From: Candidatus Aminicenantes bacterium | GTDB taxonomy: Bacteria; Acidobacteriota; Aminicenantia; Aminicenantales; Aminicenantaceae | Length of the DNA: 64,000 nucleotides | Assembly (NCBI GenBank): GCA_011049545.1 | Contig: DRHQ01000161.1 | Span: 17,032 to 81,031 of the forward strand | Reading direction: 5' to 3' | Shown here: positions 7,914-16,689 of the stretch, piece by piece | Numbering within the stretch: position 1 is the stretch's first letter | Layout of the letters: each line of letters begins with the position of its first letter | The notes under the pieces: generated by a model | Databases searched by the model: none | Told to the model about the DNA's origin: nothing | The model's input: the letters and a program-made list of their open reading frames with translations, nothing else | Position numbers and translations under genes: made by a program

Positions 7914-9386
7914 ATGATTAAAACACATAGACCAAAACTTGAGCTTTTAAGCAATGAATTGATCCAAAAAATCATAGATGAGGCATACATCATCCTTGAA
8001 AATCAAGGAGTTTTTATCGAGAACAAAGAGGCCCTGGCTCTGTTTCGAGAGGCGGGAATGAGGGTCGACACCTCCTCGCAGAGAGTTCAAATCACCGCAC
8101 AGCTCGTTGAAGACTCTCTTTCATCAACACCTCCCTCTCTGAAAATGTACGACAGGGACGGAGAAACTGAGTATCTCCTCGGTGGTGATGAAGTCCATTT
8201 TGATCCAGGCTCTGGGGCAGTCACCTTACTGGATTCCGAAACTCAGCAGGAAAGAAAGGCTATCACTGATGATTTGATCCGGTTTACTCATCTGACAGAT
8301 TGCCTCGAGCATCTCCACTTCCAGAGCACCGGAATTGTAAGCACCGATGTCTCCGAGATCATTTCGGACAGCTATCGACTTTATATCGGACTCTTATTCT
8401 CCAAAAAACCCATAGTCACCGGGACATTTCGGGTAGAAGGGTTCGAACCCATGCGCAGAATGCTCGTCGCCGTAAGGGGAAGTGAAAGGAATCTTGCGGA
8501 AAAACCTCTGGCAATATTCGACGCTTGCCCCTCCCCTCCTCTGAAATGGAGCAATTTGACAGCACAGAGCTTGATCGATAGCGCCCGGGCGGGAATTCCG
8601 TCCGAGCTGATTTCTATGGGGATGACGGGAGCCACTTCTCCCATCACGATCACAGGTACACTCGTCCAGCATGTCGCTGAAAACCTATCGGGACTGGTGA
8701 TCTGCCAGCTCGCAAAAAAAGGTGCGCCTGTTATTTTCGGCGGCTGTCCGGTGAGCTTCGACATGCGGACGGGCACAACTCCTATCGGCGCTATAGAGAC
8801 GATGATGATCGACTCAGCGCACACACAGATCGGCAAACATTTCAACCTTCCTACACACGCGTACATGGGAATGAGTGACGCCAAGATCAACGATGCCCAG
8901 GGAGGTTTTGAAACCGGGATAGGCGTGATTATGGCCGCGCTTTCAGGTGTTAACGTGATATCCGGGGCAGGGATTTTAGATTTCGTCAGGTGCCAGAGTC
9001 TGGAAAAGCTGGTCGTGGACAATGAGATCTGCGGGATGGCTTATCGATTGATAGACGGAATAGCACAGCGCGATGAACCGATCGCCCTGAATCTTTTTAA
9101 AGATTTCTCTGCCGAAACACAGTTTCTATCTATGCCCCATACGAGAAAATGGTACAGGGAAGAACATACATTTCCCAAGTTGATCGATCGAGATCCGTAT
9201 GATACCTGGGTATCCAAAGGGAGAAAATCAATAACTGCCCGGGCCAAAGAAGAGGTCAAAAATCTGTTGCAAAAGAATGCCCCCCCTCTTCCAGATAAGG
9301 AAACACAAAAGGCTCTCAGAGAAATCATGATGTCCGATGCCCGGACAAACGACACGCCTTCTTTACCTGACATCAGCTTCCCCTAA
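7914..9386 (+). CDS. MttB-superfamily methyltransferase (non-pyrrolysine member)
   Basis: 490 aa with an N-terminus and length typical of trimethylamine/glycine-betaine methyltransferase family proteins. The reading frame is uninterrupted, with no in-frame TAG. Confidence 0.7.
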   Translation: MIKTHRPKLELLSNELIQKIIDEAYIILENQGVFIENKEALALFREAGMRVDTSSQRVQITAQLVEDSLSSTPPSLKMYDRDGETEYLLGGDEVHFDPGSGAVTLLDSETQQERKAITDDLIRFTHLTDCLEHLHFQSTGIVSTDVSEIISDSYRLYIGLLFSKKPIVTGTFRVEGFEPMRRMLVAVRGSERNLAEKPLAIFDACPSPPLKWSNLTAQSLIDSARAGIPSELISMGMTGATSPITITGTLVQHVAENLSGLVICQLAKKGAPVIFGGCPVSFDMRTGTTPIGAIETMMIDSAHTQIGKHFNLPTHAYMGMSDAKINDAQGGFETGIGVIMAALSGVNVISGAGILDFVRCQSLEKLVVDNEICGMAYRLIDGIAQRDEPIALNLFKDFSAETQFLSMPHTRKWYREEHTFPKLIDRDPYDTWVSKGRKSITARAKEEVKNLLQKNAPPLPDKETQKALREIMMSDARTNDTPSLPDISFP

Positions 9387-9511
9387 CACAATGATCTTGT
9401 TGAAATTGAACGCTGTCCAATGGAATTGGCCAGCAGTTCTTTGGTGGTGACTGGTTTTGCTTGACCCTGAGAATCAAAATCGAAGTGGTAAAAGGATATC
9501 CTCAATCTAAC

Positions 9512-11581
9512 TCAGATATCTTTTTTTTTCAGGATTATTACCTTTTCCTCAACATCAGGTTGATGGTCGTTGATTTCCAATGATTTCTCCCACGCGGCCA
9601 GGGCTTCATCCCATATCCCCAGGCGGTAATAACATTCTCCTATTGAATTCAGAAGGCTTGAATTTATCCCATAATGGGAGAGAGCCTTGTTGTAGACGGT
9701 AATGGCCTGATCGAATTCCCCCAAAGCCTGATGGGATTTTCCCAAAAGAAAATAGAGCTGATATGGAACCTCTGACACATCAGAGAAAGCCATCAGCACC
9801 TGCTTAACCTGGTGGTGTTTTTTTAGAACAGAATAGACTTGGGCCAGATTCACGGCAAAATCTAAGGAACCGGGCTTCTTCTGGAAAGCTTCCTCTAATC
9901 TGGCCTGTGCTTTATTGACTTCTCCCTTGCTGAACAATTGCTTTCCCAAGAGGAAGGAATAGACAGGGTGATCTGGGGGCGGCAGTGTTTTGGTGTGAAT
10001 CCAGGGGCGGGGGAACGCTGAGACAGAGGAAATCCCGAAATTCTCTTCCTCAGAAAGGATTTCCTGTTCACCATCCCACAACCCAACCTGAAGGCGGTAG
10101 TAGCCTGGAGGAAATTCCTGGAGAGAGAATTCATGTTTAAAATTCACCCCTCCTTCATATTGGTTGACTTTTCTGGTGAAATTTAAAAACGGCTCATCGT
10201 CTTTGAAAAATTCATATTTCAACTGACCTTTTTGCCTCAAATCAGAAGATAAACTGGTGATCTGGAAGGCCAGGAAGAGTGTATCTTGTGGACGAAAGAT
10301 ATTTTTAGGTTGATGAAGAATTTGAAAAGAGCCTAATTTGAAGGCCTTAAGATTCTGCGCCTCAGATGAGACCTGGTCCATCTTATAACCTAATACCAAA
10401 GAACTCATGCCCAGTGCAGAATCATCCTTAGGAATGATAATATCCTTTTCTACCGAGGTGAATTCTTTAGATACTTCATTCTTTATGATCACCGAAAATT
10501 TGTAGGAGCCAGCAATCAAAGGGAACATATCATAAATAGCGAAGGGCTTGTAGGCGATGCTCTTAAGCTGGTCTTCATCCAATTCTATAGAAATGGATCC
10601 CTCATATTGGTAAATTGTATTTCCCTCTGAATCGGAAACATTTCCGTTTATTTTCAAATGGGTAGAATATTTATCTTGATACTGCTGCATTGAAAATTTC
10701 ATGATTTCCACAATATAGTGAACAAAATAAACTCCCGGAGGATTTTGAAGGATTTTGATCGAAGAGTCGTTATCTATGTAATTGGCAGAATATTCCACTT
10801 CCACCTTGTCTTTATAAGCCAAAAACTTCTGGGCATATTTGTCCTTCAATTCCTTTTGGGGAACGGTATAAATATTCTGGATCAGCATATCAGAAGCCAA
10901 CGAGGGGCGACCATATAGAGATGATTCTCCGGGAATAAGGGAAAAAGAAACTTTAGCCAGGGTGGGGTTTATTTTCTTTAAAGTTTTGAAGGCTTGGATA
11001 TAATCCCCCTGGTCGCCAAAATAGGATGTGAGCAGAGCCTGAGGGCCATCAGCACTAGGGCTATAAAGAACATACTCTCCCACCCCATCTTTCTGGAAAA
11101 AAACCAGATTAAACCCGGCGGGAAGACCGTATTGGGTTAAGCCTTGATAAAACCAGACTTCAGAGTTGTATATCTCAGAGTCGCCGGTGTGGCGATCGAC
11201 ACCCCTGGGTTCACCAAGAATGATATAAATCCTTCCCCGGTCGGTTTCCCAGCCAGGCCAGGGGACACTTCTCCCGAATTGATGATTGGCATGCTTAATG
11301 CGACGATAATGCTCTTCCTTGAATTCATTTGCTGGCGTTCCTGACGTCGGATCCCTGTGTTTCCAGAATGCTTCTATAAAAAAATCTCTTTCTCGATCTG
11401 TCTGAAGCTGGAGAAAAACCTCTTTCTCTATAGGCGTGATAATATAGTTTACCTCCTGTTCCAGCCAGTTTTTGAATCGGGGAGGGAGCTCTCCTTCTGA
11501 CTGGATACCGGATGAAACCTCCAGTGGGAAAGCCAGTAAAGATATGAACAGAATTAGTATGTATTTTTTTATTATATTCAA
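9512..11581 (-). CDS. GWxTD domain protein with C-terminal TPR repeats
   Basis: 689 aa. Signal peptide. PGWETDRGRIYIILGEP matches the GWxTD motif. The C-terminal region has TPR-like repeats (ALGEFDQAITVYNKAL, WDEALAAWEKSL). Confidence 0.8.
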   Translation of the reverse strand: MNIIKKYILILFISLLAFPLEVSSGIQSEGELPPRFKNWLEQEVNYIITPIEKEVFLQLQTDRERDFFIEAFWKHRDPTSGTPANEFKEEHYRRIKHANHQFGRSVPWPGWETDRGRIYIILGEPRGVDRHTGDSEIYNSEVWFYQGLTQYGLPAGFNLVFFQKDGVGEYVLYSPSADGPQALLTSYFGDQGDYIQAFKTLKKINPTLAKVSFSLIPGESSLYGRPSLASDMLIQNIYTVPQKELKDKYAQKFLAYKDKVEVEYSANYIDNDSSIKILQNPPGVYFVHYIVEIMKFSMQQYQDKYSTHLKINGNVSDSEGNTIYQYEGSISIELDEDQLKSIAYKPFAIYDMFPLIAGSYKFSVIIKNEVSKEFTSVEKDIIIPKDDSALGMSSLVLGYKMDQVSSEAQNLKAFKLGSFQILHQPKNIFRPQDTLFLAFQITSLSSDLRQKGQLKYEFFKDDEPFLNFTRKVNQYEGGVNFKHEFSLQEFPPGYYRLQVGLWDGEQEILSEEENFGISSVSAFPRPWIHTKTLPPPDHPVYSFLLGKQLFSKGEVNKAQARLEEAFQKKPGSLDFAVNLAQVYSVLKKHHQVKQVLMAFSDVSEVPYQLYFLLGKSHQALGEFDQAITVYNKALSHYGINSSLLNSIGECYYRLGIWDEALAAWEKSLEINDHQPDVEEKVIILKKKDI

Positions 11582-12126
11582 CCTTCCGTCACTTTATTGA
11601 GCTTATCTCACTCATATTCATAAATCATTGTATTACTAATATTTGAGAAATTGCAAATAAGTGAACTCCTTCATGGGACTAGTGACGCTCAGGATAAATT
11701 AATTGCATAATTATACTACACGCATCCAATTTAGATGGATAAATTACCAGATTGATACATTAAATCCATAAGGGAGTTCGGAGTAAGCAATTTCTTCAAT
11801 TTATTGGATTGAAGTTCAATTATTTGAATTTTTGCATGAAAAGTAATATCTCAGAATAATTTATCCTATTGAAAATAATATAATTACAAAACAGACTACT
11901 TTGGCATATTTTTTGCTATAAGTATTTTATAAAATGCACATGACAAAGGATTTGGAGGGAAGATAATCCTGATCGTTCTGAATCCAAACATATTAATGGA
12001 GATGGAATGTCGGTGAACCTTTTTGCTGCTTTCGGAATTGACAAGCAAGCAAACCTGTGATAATTACAAAAAAGATAATAGACAAATTCCATCATCAATA
12101 TATAAAAAATTAAAAGGAGGAGAATT

Positions 12127-14808
12127 ATGAGAAGAACAATCAAATCAATGGTAGCTATTTCTACAGTTCTTTTACTCATGGGTAGCATGAGCTATGCCCA
12201 GACAAGAACTGGAAGTATAAGAGGAATAGTCACAGATACAGAAGGAGAGTTTCTTCCAGGGGCGACTGTCGAATTATCAGGTGAGAAGCTTATGGGGGGT
12301 GTGCGTTCTCTTATAACAAGTGAGAAAGGGAAGTTCAGGTTTCCAAGCCTAACGCCTGGAGAATATGAGGTGACTGTGACGATGGAAGGCTTCCAGCCTT
12401 CCAAAAGGACAGAACTCAAGGTAAACCTCGGTGGAACTGTTACTGTGGATGTCACCTTGAATTTAGCCACCTTAGAGGAAAGCGTCACAGTATCGGCGGA
12501 ATCTCCCATAGTGGATGTGAAAAAGTCGATTATCTCCACCAATATCACTTCAGAATTGATGGAAGTCCTCCCATCGCGCCGTTTTACCTTCTTCGATTAT
12601 GTGGGAATGACGCCAGGTGTCACAAACTCTGGATCTGACGTCTCGGCTAATTGGCAATCGGCCATGGGATCTAGTAGCAGTGCAAACACCTATTACTGGG
12701 AAGGGGTCGAAACCACCAGCCCGGAAAACGCAGGTTCCTGGTTATGGGCAAACCCCGATCAGATCGAAGAAATAGATGTTATCATATCAGGAGCTCCGGC
12801 TGAATACGGGAACTTTCAGGGCATGGTTGTCAACCTCGTCAGCAAAACTGGTTCCAATACATTTACAGGCAACCTCAATTTTTATTATCGTGCTAACTGG
12901 CTAGTAGGAAATAATACGCCCGACGAAGAATTTCCTTTCTATCGCGATAAGTATAATGAGCTGACTGCTACTTTAGGGGGCCCCATAGTAAAGGATAAAC
13001 TTTGGTTTTTCTGGGCCGGACAGCTCATGACTGATCAATTAGTTGGGGTGGGGGCCGATCCATCTTTTGGAGCTGGCCTGTATCGCTATCATTCCACGTT
13101 CGGGAGACTTGACTGGCAGATCAATAAAAATAATAAGTTCACCATTTCAACTGACTTAGCCCTTTATAGATGGGAAGATACGCCTAATGAATTTGCACCT
13201 TATGAAACCATGATTTCTGAAGATTATGACCCCTTTAATACTACAATAAGTGCCTACTGGACATCAGTCCTCAGTCAAAATACATTTTTTGAGCTCAAAT
13301 ATACCGGATGGTGGGTCTTACTCGTAATTGAAGCTGCAGATGGAGACAGGGAGACTCCCGCACACTATGATGGTTATACTGGGATGTATTCAGAAAACTA
13401 TTATTATTGGGGTGATTGGCCCCAATACCAGCATTCAGTCCAGGGCACAGTTTCCCATTTTGCCGATGATTTTCTCGGGGGCGACCACGAGTTTAAATTT
13501 GGGGCTGTTTACCAACACGCCTATGCGGAATGGCAATGGGGCTACCACGGCGGCGTGTATTATTACGATTGGGATGGGGAACCTTATTATGCCTTTTTTA
13601 TGGACCCTGAAGAATATGGAGGAATTCAAAACAGGTTAAGTACCTTTCTCGATGATAGTTGGTCTATAGGTGACCGCTTAACCTTGAACTTGGGTCTCAG
13701 ATTTGATCGTGTTCGAGGCGGCTACCCCGAGTTCAATAAACTGGATACAGACGGAAACCCAACAGGAGAAACATTTGCGGAGAATAGGGACCTTATCAAA
13801 TGGGACTCATGGTCACCAAGGCTGGGACTTGTTTACCAATTGACTGCGGATAGGAAAACAGTATTTAAAGCAAGCTATGGTCGGTATTATGGCCATTTGC
13901 TAACACGAATCATGTATGGTAGCTCCCCATCGAGATCCCATAAATACTGGTATTGGTGGGACCCGGCCACACAAGATTATACTTGGCAAACCGAACATAT
14001 AGATCCCATAGCTGATAGAGGTTTTGACGAGAATTTGAAAAATCCGTATTCTGACCAAATTTCCTTAGGAATTGAAAGGGAAATATTCCCTGATTTCTCT
14101 CTTTCTTTAACGGGTATCTATAAGGTATCAAAGGATAGTACCGGCAACTATAATCTTAGTGCAGAATATGAGCTTGTAGATTACTACGATGCATTTGGGG
14201 ACCAGACGATTCAGATCTACAATCAGACAAATGACAGTTTTTATACAACCACCAATCAAGAAGGTAAAACGACTTATAAAGCATTGATGTTTACTTTCAA
14301 TAAGCGTCTCTCCAACAACTGGCAGGTGAGGGGGAGTTTTACCCTGTCTAAGGGACTGAACTTCCCCATAAGCTATTGGGATAAAAATGATTTAATCAAT
14401 ATGTACAATGTCCTGGGCAATTATGACCGAGGATATCAGTTCAAGTTCAATGGGACCTACATCTTTCCTGCCGGAATAATGGTCAGCGCCTATTTTGCTC
14501 ATGAGCAAGGGAGACCTTTTAACCGCGAGATAAATGTAGGGCTGGATCAGGGACGTCGAGATATAGCAGCTGAAGAAAGAGGCAGCCAAAGATATCCGAA
14601 CCAGACATATTTGGACCTGAGACTGGAAAAAGAATTTAGACTAGGGGGAAATCTTAGATTAAAATTCTTGATAGACGTATGGAACATCTTTAATACCGAC
14701 TACCACGCTTGGGTCGGATCAACTGATGCAGATAGCAGCGCCTACTTGGCACCAGGAGGTCGGATTTTGCCCAGGAGAGCTCAGCTAGGTATTCGCGTCG
14801 TTTTCTAA
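12127..14808 (+). CDS. TonB-dependent receptor with carboxypeptidase-regulatory-like N-terminal domain
   Basis: 893 aa. Signal peptide. GSIRGIVTD..G..LPGATVEL motif. Long beta-barrel region ending in a C-terminal aromatic residue (..GIRVVF). Confidence 0.85.
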   Translation: MRRTIKSMVAISTVLLLMGSMSYAQTRTGSIRGIVTDTEGEFLPGATVELSGEKLMGGVRSLITSEKGKFRFPSLTPGEYEVTVTMEGFQPSKRTELKVNLGGTVTVDVTLNLATLEESVTVSAESPIVDVKKSIISTNITSELMEVLPSRRFTFFDYVGMTPGVTNSGSDVSANWQSAMGSSSSANTYYWEGVETTSPENAGSWLWANPDQIEEIDVIISGAPAEYGNFQGMVVNLVSKTGSNTFTGNLNFYYRANWLVGNNTPDEEFPFYRDKYNELTATLGGPIVKDKLWFFWAGQLMTDQLVGVGADPSFGAGLYRYHSTFGRLDWQINKNNKFTISTDLALYRWEDTPNEFAPYETMISEDYDPFNTTISAYWTSVLSQNTFFELKYTGWWVLLVIEAADGDRETPAHYDGYTGMYSENYYYWGDWPQYQHSVQGTVSHFADDFLGGDHEFKFGAVYQHAYAEWQWGYHGGVYYYDWDGEPYYAFFMDPEEYGGIQNRLSTFLDDSWSIGDRLTLNLGLRFDRVRGGYPEFNKLDTDGNPTGETFAENRDLIKWDSWSPRLGLVYQLTADRKTVFKASYGRYYGHLLTRIMYGSSPSRSHKYWYWWDPATQDYTWQTEHIDPIADRGFDENLKNPYSDQISLGIEREIFPDFSLSLTGIYKVSKDSTGNYNLSAEYELVDYYDAFGDQTIQIYNQTNDSFYTTTNQEGKTTYKALMFTFNKRLSNNWQVRGSFTLSKGLNFPISYWDKNDLINMYNVLGNYDRGYQFKFNGTYIFPAGIMVSAYFAHEQGRPFNREINVGLDQGRRDIAAEERGSQRYPNQTYLDLRLEKEFRLGGNLRLKFLIDVWNIFNTDYHAWVGSTDADSSAYLAPGGRILPRRAQLGIRVVF

Positions 14809-14826
14809 ATAGCTCAAGCAGTCTAC

Positions 14827-14862
14827 AAAAAAAGGGGAAGCTCGCAAGCTTCCCCTTTTTTC
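14827..14862. terminator. bidirectional intrinsic terminator between convergent genes
   Basis: 9-bp stem GGGGAAGCT/AGCTTCCCC (14834-14855) with a 4-nt loop, flanked by an A-run on one side and a T-run on the other. Confidence 0.75.
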
Positions 14863-14873
14863 ATGCGATTTTG

Positions 14874-16667
14874 TCAGGATGCCAGCCTCAGTCTTTTCCA
14901 GGCTTTGGTCAAAACGTAAGTTGAGACGAGCGCTATTACAGTCAGAATATTTGCTAAGGTGTGTCTGCCATAAATCCAGTATCCTGTGGCGAAAAGCGCA
15001 CTATACACGGCAAAGCACCCCAGAACCATACACAATATGCCGGTAGGAACATCCCAAGCCTGTTTGGCTGCTTCAAGGAATTCGCCTTCCTTTTTTGCCT
15101 TATCGATTACTCTTTTCCAGCCGGGTCCACCGGGCTGGACCAAACGGTAGAAAGAGCGCAATGTCTTTGATTCCGTTGGTTTGGTCAGGAGAGTTACGGT
15201 AATCCAGCAGAATGTGGTGATACCAACACCCACAGCCAACCGGACAGGAGTGGAAATTTCTGGTAAACCTGTCCTCGGGTGTATCAACTGTAAATAGACA
15301 GCTACGACAAACGAAACAACCATGGCGGTAATCTCGCTGTACGGATTGATCCGCCACCAGAACCAGCGCAGGATAAAAAGCAATCCTGTCCCAGCTCCGA
15401 TTTGAAGCAAAATGTTAAAGGCCTGCAAGGCATTACTTAACACTAAGGCTATAAGACCGGCCAGTATCATCAGGCCGACAGTTGATAAACGCCCAACGAG
15501 AACCTGCCTTTTTTCGCTCGCTTCAGGATTTATGAAGCGTTTATAAAAATCGTTGACTATATAAGAAGAACCCCAGTTCAAATGCGTAGAGATTGTGGAC
15601 ATAAAAGCTGCGATCAAAGAGGCGACAACGAGCCCCAGAAGACCGTGAGGGAGAAACGTCAACATGGCAGGATAGGCAAGGTCATGACCTACCACGCTTG
15701 GATCAACATGCGGAAATGCAGCCCGCAGGGAATCCAGAGTGGGAAAGACCAGGAGGGAACATAAGGCCACGATTATCCAGGGCCAGGGACGGAGAGCATA
15801 ATGGGCGGCATTAAAAAGCAAGGTAGCACCCACTGCGTGTTTTTCTGACTTTGCAGACAGCATGCGCTGGGCAATGTAACCTCCACCTCCCGGTTCTGCT
15901 CCCGGATACCAAACGCTCCACCACTGCACTGCCAGAGGAAGAATGAAGATTGCTAACAATGCCTCCGTGTTAGAAAAGTCAGGAAGAAGATTCAATTTTG
16001 AAACTACATTCTCATTTGCTAATAATCCGCCTAATCCTCCAACCTGGGGCAGCCTGAGCGCAATGATAGCGGCACCGATCGCACCAACCATAGCAATTGC
16101 AAACTGGAAGAAGTCCGTGATTAAAACACCGCGCAATCCTCCGAGGGCGCTGTAGATAACCGTTACCAGCGAGGCAATTAAAAGGATTTGAATCGGCGTC
16201 AAATTAAACATGACACCGCCGATCTTTATGATTGCCAGGGAAACCGTGGCCATGATGAGAACGTTAAAAAACACGCCCAGGTACAGAGCCCGGAAACCCC
16301 GCAGGAAAGCAGCAGCTTTTCCGCTGTAGCGCAGTTCATAAAATTCGAGGTCGGTCAGAACGTTTGAGCGGCGCCAGAGTTTGGCATAGACAAAGACGGT
16401 CAGCATTCCGGTCAGGAGAAATGCCCACCAGACCCAGTTCCCGGCAACGCCATTCTGGCGGACTATATCTGTAACCAAATTCGGTGTGTCGCTGGAAAAA
16501 GTAGTGGCGACCATAGAGATCCCCAACAGCCACCAGGGCATATTTCTGCCTGAGAGAAAGAATTCTGAGGAACTCCTCCCCGCTTTTCTGGAAACAGCCA
16601 GTCCTATGGCCAGGGATAAGATAAAAAATCCGACTACAAATCCCCAGTCAATTGCCTGCAATATCAT
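14874..16667 (-). CDS. sodium:solute symporter (SSS) family transporter
   Basis: 597-aa polytopic membrane protein with SSS-like motifs. It lies 22 nt downstream of the M14 peptidase gene on the same strand. Confidence 0.85.
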   Translation of the reverse strand: MILQAIDWGFVVGFFILSLAIGLAVSRKAGRSSSEFFLSGRNMPWWLLGISMVATTFSSDTPNLVTDIVRQNGVAGNWVWWAFLLTGMLTVFVYAKLWRRSNVLTDLEFYELRYSGKAAAFLRGFRALYLGVFFNVLIMATVSLAIIKIGGVMFNLTPIQILLIASLVTVIYSALGGLRGVLITDFFQFAIAMVGAIGAAIIALRLPQVGGLGGLLANENVVSKLNLLPDFSNTEALLAIFILPLAVQWWSVWYPGAEPGGGGYIAQRMLSAKSEKHAVGATLLFNAAHYALRPWPWIIVALCSLLVFPTLDSLRAAFPHVDPSVVGHDLAYPAMLTFLPHGLLGLVVASLIAAFMSTISTHLNWGSSYIVNDFYKRFINPEASEKRQVLVGRLSTVGLMILAGLIALVLSNALQAFNILLQIGAGTGLLFILRWFWWRINPYSEITAMVVSFVVAVYLQLIHPRTGLPEISTPVRLAVGVGITTFCWITVTLLTKPTESKTLRSFYRLVQPGGPGWKRVIDKAKKEGEFLEAAKQAWDVPTGILCMVLGCFAVYSALFATGYWIYGRHTLANILTVIALVSTYVLTKAWKRLRLAS

Positions 16668-16689
16668 ATTGTTTTCTTCTTAATATGAT

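Noticed and set aside
8381-9022. Long antisense ORFs inside GC-richer genes (for example 8381-9022, 18313-18981, 20751-21329, 21828-22256, 52536-53096, 56495-57370)
   Set aside because: Each lies wholly within a well-supported gene on the other strand or in another frame. They have no SD and no recognisable motifs. Open antisense frames are expected in GC-rich or biased coding DNA.
4620-9386. A GC-rich horizontally acquired block (GH-like gene, SDR, MttB) next to the integrase remnant
   Set aside because: My line counts give about 55-60% GC here, but the AKR gene at the other end of the island and parts of the TonB receptor gene are similar. The composition is therefore not clearly anomalous for this genome. 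Only the D-aminoacylase gene stands out.
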